Below, piece after piece: positions 19,595 to 27,287 of a stretch of 27,287 nucleotides of DNA. The translations under genes and the position numbers were made by a program. The stretch is from Caecitellus pseudoparvulus. Lineage: Eukaryota > Protista > Bigyra: Bicosoecida. A model generated the notes under the pieces. The model was not told the origin of the DNA. It saw only the letters and a program-made list of their open reading frames with translations, and did not search any database. The DNA lies in assembly GCA_965644315.1 (NCBI GenBank), contig CBFFRQ010000215.1, positions 1 through 27,287 of the forward strand, given 5' to 3'. The first letter of the stretch is position 1. The number at the start of each line of letters is the position of its first letter.

Positions 19595-20464
19595 ATGATC
19601 AGGGCCATCCCCGCGTCCCCGATCAGCAGGATTCACCAACATAGGCTGGCAAAGGGGACGGTGGTCAAGTACGTTCGCGCGGTTGCTGGCCTGATCAGGG
19701 CCGCTCCAGCACCCCGGGACAGGGCGCGGACCATGGTGGGCATCTTAACGGGCGGCGTGGCCGCAGGCAGATGGGCCCCCCATCGGGCGAAGCAGATCCT
19801 GGCGCAATGGGTCGGTGGTTTTAGGTATCTGGGCCTGCCAATCCCGTCGCTAGCCCCGCTGGGGCTCACAGTCGGCAGCATCTGCCGGGCAATCCGCCGG
19901 CTCCACCGAGGGAGAGGGGAGCAACACCGCCGCCCTATCAGCAAAGAACAAGTCATGGAGGCCATGAAGCGGGCATGGGACGGGCCACACCTCGGGAGGC
20001 ATGCCCCAACTGCCGCCGCAGCTATCTACATCGGCTTTCATGGCATGTGCAGGCCGGGAGAGCTCCGGGGCCTGCGATGGGAGGAGTTGCACTTCGGGCG
20101 GGCGGGCCCCCTGCAGTGGGTGGAGGCCAGGGTCACGGATAAAACGCACCTGAGTGCAAACCGCCACATCCAGGTGGTGCGCCAGGCCGAGTGGGCGGGG
20201 GCCTTCGACCGCCTCCGGGAGCAGGCCCGGGACAAGCGGGGAAGCCTGCTCCCAAGGTGGGCGTGGCTCAGCCTGCAAGGCATCCTGAAGGCTGTAGCGG
20301 GCGTGTCCTTGGCCCACCTGAGACCCGGGGGCAATATGTTCTGGACAGGCCGGGCCCCCGACGTCTTGGTGGAGCACGCGGCGGGCTGGGCGGCTGGCTC
20401 CCCCACCCGGGCACGATACTACACCCAGGGGGGGAGGGGGCGAGGCTGTGGCACGAGGCCATGA
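19595..20464 (+). CDS. Tyrosine recombinase (289 aa)
   Basis: GFHGMCRPGEL (Arg), TDKT (Lys), AHLRPGG (HxxR box variant), AGW...RARYY (Trp, catalytic Tyr). Confidence 0.9.
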   Translation: MIRAIPASPISRIHQHRLAKGTVVKYVRAVAGLIRAAPAPRDRARTMVGILTGGVAAGRWAPHRAKQILAQWVGGFRYLGLPIPSLAPLGLTVGSICRAIRRLHRGRGEQHRRPISKEQVMEAMKRAWDGPHLGRHAPTAAAAIYIGFHGMCRPGELRGLRWEELHFGRAGPLQWVEARVTDKTHLSANRHIQVVRQAEWAGAFDRLREQARDKRGSLLPRWAWLSLQGILKAVAGVSLAHLRPGGNMFWTGRAPDVLVEHAAGWAAGSPTRARYYTQGGRGRGCGTRP

Positions 20465-20495
20465 CACCCAGGGGAGGAAGCAAGCATTGAAAAGT

Positions 20496-20981
20496 ATTGG
20501 CGGGTGCCGCAAGGAGGCGTCCCCTCCCCCAAGAGATGCAGCGAGCCCTGGTGGCCGCTGGCATAGAGGGGGGAGGGGACGGCCTCGAGGCGGGCCCAGT
20601 TCAATGCATTTCGATTGCCACGCACAACGCACCAACACGAGGGAACCGAGGTTGCCGGCACCCCAGCCGGCAACCATGTTTCCCGGCAGGAGGGGCGGCG
20701 GGCAGTCCCACGCTAGTGGCACAATTGTCCCCCGCCGCCCCAACGCAGAGTAGACGACGGCAGGACCGGGCATGACAAAACCAGTCATTAGCCGGCCTCG
20801 TCACTCTCTTTCCTTTTTTTTTCTTTTTCTCGATTGGCGGGTGCCGCAAGGAGGCGTCCCCTCCCCCAAGAGATGCAGCGAGCCCTGGTGGCCGCTGGCA
20901 TAGAGGGGGGAGGGGACGGCCTCGAGGCGGGCCCAGTTCAATGCATTTCGATTGCCACGCACAACGCACCAACACGAGGGA
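20496..20981 (+). repeat. Copy 2 3' terminal B1 (20496-20644), A2 (20645-20823), B2 (20833-20981)
   Basis: B1 and B2 are matching 149-bp direct repeats; the B1-A2 junction GAGGGA|ACCGAGG equals the expected circle junction. Confidence 0.95.
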
Positions 20982-21477
20982 AACGCCCACGCCCACACAC
21001 CCTCCCGCCCCCCACTCCCCACAGCTGCTCGACCCCCCACTGCTCGTCACCGTCAACCCGCCGCAGCTCGCTCCACCACTCCGACCACCACCGACCACAC
21101 CCACCACACCCACCTTCCGCAGTGCCACGCCCTCACCCGTCCCCGCACGCCCCTGTGCACACCATGACGGCAGCTCACCCTGCACTGCCGCGACCCCCGC
21201 GCGCGTCATGCCCCCCAACCGCCCCACCTGTGCCGCTGACTCTCCACACACCTCACCACCACGCTCTGCGCCCACGCACTGACCGTCGCCACACAACGCG
21301 CCCCCACTACACCCCGCCACCACACCCGGCGCCTCGCCACCACACGCTGTGCCACACTTCCTCTTGCAGGGACTGGTCTGGCCTCCCGCCAGCCTGCGCT
21401 TCGCGCCCCCCACGGCGCTCACCCTGCCCGCTTGCCTTGCAGGCGCTGCGCCGTGCCTAAAACTGCGCGGGCACGCC
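20982..21477 (-). pseudogene. Fragment of a fourth, more diverged ZF paralogue (N-terminal region only) between copies 2 and 3
   Basis: Homologous to ~8710-9203 and ~14667-15159 with many substitutions (e.g. GGMTRAGVAAVQGELPSWCAQ). Confidence 0.88.
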
Positions 21478-21658
21478 ACCGTGTTTGCCGGCACCCCAGC
21501 CGGAAACATTGTTTCCGGGCTGGTGGGGGGGGGGGCAGTCCCACGATTGTGGAAAAATTGACCCCCGCCGCCCCAACGCAGAGTAGACGACGGCAGGACC
21601 GGGCATGACAAAACCAGTCATTAGCCGGCCTCGTCACTCTCTTTCCTTTTTTTTCGAG

Positions 21659-23738
21659 ATGGCATCGGATGATCCAGCTTCCAGCGACACGGAGGGCGGA
21701 AGCTGGGAGGACATCCACGACAAAATGATGTTCTGTCAACTCCGCCAAGCAAGCCAAGGCGCTCATAACGGAGCAGGAGTTCGAGTACTGGCTGAAGTGG
21801 GCGGATTCTGAGGATTTTGGTAAGATGGAGGCCGCTTGGCGCCTCCGGGAGGTGCCCGAGGGATTCCGGGCAGATCGCATGCGATCCCTCATTGCGGGCA
21901 GAGCTTTCCGCCTCCCCGCTGACGGTGCCCCTCATCGCGCAGGCGGCTCACCACGGGGGCACGGCACGAAGCGAACCCGTCCGCGCGGTGCGAGCAGTGG
22001 CACGCCCTACGGCCCGCACCTACCCCCGCGCCCGACCCAGCCGGACGCAGTCGCAGGCGACCTCCCGCAAGATCCCGCCACAGTGCTTACGTGGTTCCTG
22101 CAGAGGGGAGCGACGGTGCCGAGCGAGGACGTCGCCGTGCAGCTGCAGTTCTACGTGGGCTTGGCAACGGAGGAGACATCGCCGTACGCCCTCTCCGCTT
22201 GGCCTCCACGGCGCTTCGCCGCATGGTGCAGACTCAACGGTATTCCCCCCGACCTCACCCCCGACGACATCGTGATGCATTTGCAGCGGGTCCTGGAGGC
22301 CGCGCTGGCGGGCGACGACGACTTTGGCGACGACGATGCCGGCGCCCCGTTCTTTCCCGTTTTCCCGGGCACCACACCGGATGCCGCCCGGTTACAGCCC
22401 CGTGCGGCGGCCCCGGGTCACCCCCCGGCCTCCAAGAGGCACAGGGCGGCCTATAGCCCGCAGCCCCCCTCCCCGTGGGGCGGCGGAGCCTCGCCGGCAG
22501 TCCACCCCGAAGGCGGGTCGGCTGTTTTCGGTCACATGGGGGAGAACAGCGGTCGGTCGTCGCCAGCCGACGAGGTACTGGTCACTGTAGGCGCGCTGCG
22601 GGTCATTGGGCCGACCGCACACCCCTCGTCGGCGGTGGCCCGGGACCGCCTGTCAGCCTTGGGGGCAGTTTTCGCTGCGGGGACCACAGACGCCTTGACC
22701 ACGGTGGCTGTCGAGATGGCTGAGGCTGCTGCACGAGAGGTGCCCGCAGCAACGGGCCCAGTGCCGTCAGGTACGTTCCTGTCCCGCCAGCTCCCCCACT
22801 CGCCCCGCGTGCCCGCTCCCGGCGACCCGTCCTGGCTCACAGCCCCCGGCGATGAGGTAGCCCCGCCGTCCGCGTCGGTCATGATGGACGACGCTATGGA
22901 CGTAGTGACTGCTGTACGCCTGGTGCAAGGGAGGGTGGAAGTTACAGTTGACCCAACCCATCTAGTGGCAGTAACTGGGGCGGGTGCCCTGTCGGCATGC
23001 CACATGCTGGGCAACCGTGGGGGCGCTTGGTGGCTTGCTGCGATGACCAGGGACTTGCTGACGGCGCCTTCCGACGACCTCCACCGCTCCCTCCGAGCGT
23101 TCTGGTGGAAGTGGGCGTCCGAGGTGCCCGCCCTGGCAGACCAGCGGGGCCTGTGCCGAGCCATGGCGTGCGCACTCCTGATCACAATCGCAGTGCGGGC
23201 CGTGGCGCAGACCGCCGCTGCGTTGCCCGAAGGCCAGCGCAGGCGATGGGCCCAGCTGACGTGGGCCTCCTGGGTGGCCACGTTCCGCACTAACGCCACC
23301 ATTGTCATGATGGCGTCGGCGACGGGGCAAGCACTGGTGGCCAGCTCGCTGGCGCGCGAGGCATGGGCGGCCGGGGCCGCCGCCACACCGATGCCAGGTG
23401 CGGGGGCGGCCCGGCGCAAACCCCCGCTCGTGGCCCTCCCCGCGGGGCTGTGCCGGCAGGACGACCCGAGCACATTCGTGTGGTGCCCCGGGTGCGTCGG
23501 ATCCGACCGGCGGCGCCGGTCGCTGGCATCCTGCCCACGCCTGGCCCAGCATGTGGCCCACCTGCGCCGGACCCACACAGTCGGAGGTAAGCCCGCAGAA
23601 CTTACCCAGGCGCAGGCAGTGGCCATGCTGGTGCGCCAGTGGGAGCGGAAGGTGGCATCCAAGGGACGTGACTTCCAGCGGCGCATGCAGCCCCGCGCTG
23701 TCACCACGGCCATGGTGGAGGCAGCTCTCAGCCTCTAG
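21659..23738 (+). CDS. Gag-like ORF1, copy 3 (1-nt insertion near 21731, otherwise one frame)
   Basis: The 637-aa ORF 21825-23738 fuses the two frames seen in copies 1 and 2. Confidence 0.65.
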
Positions 23739-25887
23739 GAGGTGGGCCGGAGCGCGGTGGTGAGAGCGACCACGGGGTACCGGGCCGTGCCCGTGGAGTG
23801 GAGGGCTGCCGCCCCGCTCTCGACAGACCACCGCGCCATGGCCGTGCTCATCGAATCAATGGTCCAGCAGCTGCATGGGGACCGTTGTTGGACTCCACCG
23901 GGGCTCTTCGAGGACATCTTGCGTGGGGGCTTGGACTGGGGCCCCCACCCCGTGGTCTCATACTGGGGTTGCCAGGAGGCCCACGCTGACGTGTGTCCCG
24001 CATGCGGCGAGACCACTTCCAGATTACGGCAGCTTGAGCGGTGCGCAGCCATGCGACTGCTCACCGTGGTCACGCTGCGCGGGTGGGACCCCGCTTGGCT
24101 GCTGTTCCGCCGCCCCCGGCAGCGGCATCCCCGTCCTCGGCATACGTGCTGCAGCCGCACGACGAGCGGGCGGGGGCAGCGGCCTATGACGCCTTCGCGG
24201 CTGCGCGCGTGCTGCAGCCGGTCACCCCCCAGCAGCTGCAGCAGCACCGAAAGATGGGGGGCCAGCCGCTTCTGCCTTCGTTGTCACGACATGGGCCCCC
24301 CAGCCGGGCGTCAGCGACGAAGCTCTGCGACAGTGGGCTGCTGCGAACCCAGGCGAGGCGGTGCAGGCCGCCAGCTCTTCCCGCGCGCCCGCCCGCCCGA
24401 GCCGCCTGTTCCGGGCCAAGCAGCGGGTGGTGTACGATCTGGCAGCCGTCAACCAGGCCTCAGTGAGCCCCCCATTCCACTACCCCACGCTGGAGAGCTG
24501 GGCGCTGCGCCTCCCGCCGAACTCGGACTGTGTTGTCCTGGACGTGGAAGCAGGGTACACGGCCATCCCCATCGCTCCGTCGGGCGCCGGACTGTTCACC
24601 ATGCTCGCCCAGGGCAGGCCAGCCTTCCGCATGCTCTCGGATGGCCTTCGGGTACAGCCCGGCCGGGGCCATTTTCTGCTTTTTGTCTGGACTTCTGGGC
24701 GCCAAGATCGAAGCGGCGTTCCCAGCAGGGCATGTGGTTGTGTACGTAGACGACGTCGGGCTTGGGGGAGCTACGTTGGGGCCACGGCCATCGATCGTGC
24801 CCAAGATAACTCAACTGTTCGAGGACGTGGGCTTCCGGGTGTCGCGCAAGAAGACGCAAGGGCCACAGCGCGTCGTTCAGTACTTGGGGATGGTGGTCAG
24901 GTGTGCCCCGTGTGGGGTGTACCTTGAGTGTCCTCAAGCCAAACGAACTCAGCTGCGGTGGCAGCTGGCCGCGGTCCTTAATCGCCTCGGCGCTTGCTCC
25001 ACCATCCCCAAGCGCGTTTTCGCCGCGGTCACAGGGCGCTTGCACGGCCTGTCGGCCGTGGTGCCCCACGCAAAACAAACGCTGTCGCTCTTGTACGACA
25101 CCATGCGCACACACAAGTACCGCGTCGGCCCCCCCGGCGCCTCGTGCCTGTCCCCCCGGCGTCGCACGGGGCCCTGCGGACCCTCCTTGAGGCCCTCGGT
25201 GGGCCGTTATCGACGGGCCCGATGCGCCCGCTCTCCCCACTGTCAAGCAGGTGGCGCGCCGCCCTCTTTGGCTCGTGCGACGCGTCGGGGGAAGGCGGGC
25301 TGGGGGCAACAGTGTCGAGGTGGGCAGGGCCAGGAGAACGCACAGACTCCGCTTGGTACGCGTCCATGCGCATCCCCGGCACAGCCCCGGGCGAGGAGCT
25401 CGTGGGAGCCTCCACGATGCTGGAGCTGTACGCAATCGCCTTGGCTATGGCAATGGCGCGGCATGTTTTTCCCGAGCCGGGGCCGCTGCTGCTATGCCTA
25501 GCTGCGGACAGCCAGGCAGCGGTGGCGCTGGCGCGACGAGGGTACAGCAAGCACAGCCGTGAACTCACGCGCGTCTGCGGGGTCCTCGAGCGGGTTTCCC
25601 CGCGTTTTGGACGTCCACTTGGCGCCTCGGTGGATCCCGAGGAGCCCGAATTGGCGGGCGGACGCCCTCAGCCACCCCGAAAGGGTGGATAGCAGCACAC
25701 CGGCAGCGCTCGGCCTCCCGCCAGGGCAACCAGCCGAGCTGGAGGTATCAGCAGGGGGAAGCAGCGCCGCTGAGCGGTGGCATGATGTGTCCCTAGACGT
25801 AGGGCCGTCGGGAAAGGCCGGGGCGGGCACCGCGTGGATTCACTCAGCTCAACTCTCCGTCGCCCTGCACAGACACACTCTGGATAA
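23739..25887 (+). pseudogene. RT-RNaseH, copy 3, several 1-nt frameshifts
   Basis: Same motifs as copy 2 spread across frames; indels near 24115, 24258, 24636, 25141, 25600, 25813. Confidence 0.85.
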
Positions 25888-25907
25888 GGAAGCAGACCTT
25901 CTGGCAG

Positions 25908-26780
25908 ATGATCAGGGCCATCCCCGCGTCCCCGATCAGCAGGATTCACCAACATAGGCTGGCAAAGGGGACGGTGGTCAAGTACGTTCGCGCGGTTGCT
26001 GGCCTGATCAGGGCCGCTCCAGCACCCCGGGACAGGGCGCGGACCATGGTGGGCATCTTAACGGGCGGCGTGGCCGCAGGCAGATGGGCCCCCCATCGGG
26101 CGAAGCAGATCCTGGCGCAATGGGTCGGTGGTTTTAGGTATCTGGGCCTGCCAATCCCGTCGCTAGCCCCGCTGGGGCTCACAGTCGGCAGCATCTGCCG
26201 GGCAATCCGCCGGCTCCACCGAGGGAGAGGGGAGCAACACCGCCGCCCTATCAGCAAAGAACAAGTCATGGAGGCCATGAAGCGGGCATGGGACGGGCCA
26301 CACCTCGGGAGGCATGCCCCAACTGCCGCCGCAGCTATCTACATCGGCTTTCATGGCATGTGCAGGCCGGGAGAGCTCCGGGGCCTGCGATGGGAGGAGT
26401 TGCACTTCGGGCGGGCGGGCCCCCTGCAGTGGGTGGAGGCCAGGGTCACGGATAAAACGCACCTGAGTGCAAACCGCCACATCCAGGTGGTGCGCCAGGC
26501 CGAGTGGGCGGGGGCCTTCGACCGCCTCCGGGAGCAGGCCCGGGACAAGCGGGGAAGCCTGCTCCCAAGGTGGGCGTGGCTCAGCCTGCAAGGCATCCTG
26601 AAGGCTGTAGCGGGCGTGTCCTTGGCCCACCTGAGACCCGGGGGCAATATGTTCTGGACAGGCCGGGCCCCCGACGTCTTGGTGGAGCACGCGGCGGGCT
26701 GGGCGGCTGGCTCCCCCACCCGGGCACGATACTACACCCAGGGGGGGGGGAGGGGGCGAGGCTGTGGCACGAGGCCATGA
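25908..26780 (+). CDS. Tyrosine recombinase, copy 3 (290 aa)
   Basis: Identical to copy 2 apart from one extra Gly in the G-run. Confidence 0.9.
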   Translation: MIRAIPASPISRIHQHRLAKGTVVKYVRAVAGLIRAAPAPRDRARTMVGILTGGVAAGRWAPHRAKQILAQWVGGFRYLGLPIPSLAPLGLTVGSICRAIRRLHRGRGEQHRRPISKEQVMEAMKRAWDGPHLGRHAPTAAAAIYIGFHGMCRPGELRGLRWEELHFGRAGPLQWVEARVTDKTHLSANRHIQVVRQAEWAGAFDRLREQARDKRGSLLPRWAWLSLQGILKAVAGVSLAHLRPGGNMFWTGRAPDVLVEHAAGWAAGSPTRARYYTQGGGRGRGCGTRP

Positions 26781-26811
26781 CACCCAGGGGAGGAAGCAAG
26801 CATTGAAAAGT

Positions 26812-27287
26812 ATTGGCGGGTGCCGCAAGGAGGCGTCCCCTCCCCCAAGAGATGCAGCGAGCCCTGGTGGCCGCTGGCATAGAGGGGGGAGGGGACGGCC
26901 TCGAGGCGGGCCCAGTTCAATGCATTTCGATTGCCACGCACAACGCACCAACACGAGGGAACCGAGGTTGCCGGCACCCCAGCCGGCAACCATGTTTCCC
27001 GGCAGGAGGGGCGGCGGGCAGTCCCACGCTAGTGGCACAATTGTCCCCCGCCGCCCCAACGCAGAGTAGACGACGGCAGGACCGGGCATGACAAAACCAG
27101 TCATTAGCCGGCCTCGTCACTCTCTTTCCTTTTTTTTTCTTTTTCTCGATTGGCGGGTGCCGCAAGGAGGCGTCCCCTCCCCCAAGAGATGCAGCGAGCC
27201 CTGGTGGCCGCTGGCATAGAGGGGAGGGGACGGCCTCGAGGCGGGCCCAGTTCAATGCATTTCGATTGCCACGCACAACGCACCAAC
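26812..27287 (+). repeat. Copy 3 3' terminal B1-A2-B2 (truncated by window edge)
   Basis: Matches 20496-20973. Confidence 0.93.

Larger units (their letters stand above)
15160..20981 (+). mobile_element. Tyrosine-recombinase retrotransposon (Ngaro-like), copy 2, 5822 bp, best-preserved copy
   Basis: Begins ACCGAGGTTGCC, ends CACGAGGGA; A1-ORF1-RT/RH-YR-B1-A2-B2 layout; pol and YR uninterrupted. Confidence 0.95.
21478..27287 (+). mobile_element. Tyrosine-recombinase retrotransposon, copy 3 (window ends ~8 bp before its 3' end)
   Basis: A1 21478-21655 (first ~85 bp mismatch-rich), B1 26812-26960, A2 26961-27139, B2 from 27149. Confidence 0.93.

Noticed and set aside
15160-20981. LTR retrotransposon, DIRS1-type element or prophage integrase
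   Set aside because: No DDE integrase, protease motif, TSD or TG...CA ends; repeats are split direct (A...BAB), not inverted with an ICR; no phage genes.
1549-20981. Copies 1 and 2 as inverted arms of a composite or inverted segment carrying ZF genes
   Set aside because: ZF A rejoins perfectly across copy 1 and all ZF genes keep one orientation, so copy 1 is an independent insertion.
21455-21565. Hypermutated A1 of copy 3 as RIP or editing
   Set aside because: Substitutions are mixed in type and clustered at a junction; low-quality consensus is the simpler explanation.

Overview
GC-rich, apparently eukaryotic (probably protist/algal) DNA with two interleaved components. (1) A host tandem array with a ~3.08-kb unit: an intronless minus-strand poly-C2H2 zinc-finger gene (12-16 tandem 87-bp fingers, hypervariable at helix positions -1/+3/+6) head-to-head with a small Ala/Gly/Val-rich plus-strand ORF. 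(2) Three nearly identical ~5.82-kb tyrosine-recombinase retrotransposons (DIRS order, Ngaro-like: split direct repeats A1-gag-RT/RNaseH-YR-B1-A2-B2, no methyltransferase seen). Every visible element junction lies inside zinc-finger coding sequence: copy 1 (1549-7371, -) cleanly splits a ZF gene at a finger linker; copies 2 and 3 (+) start at the homologous codon of two ZF paralogues. Gag and pol are in frame across one UAG(G) followed by a stem-loop, suggesting readthrough. A 346-bp orphan insertion (746-1091) may be a solo terminal-repeat remnant of another element. Most frameshifts in copies 1 and 3 are in homopolymers and may be sequencing errors.
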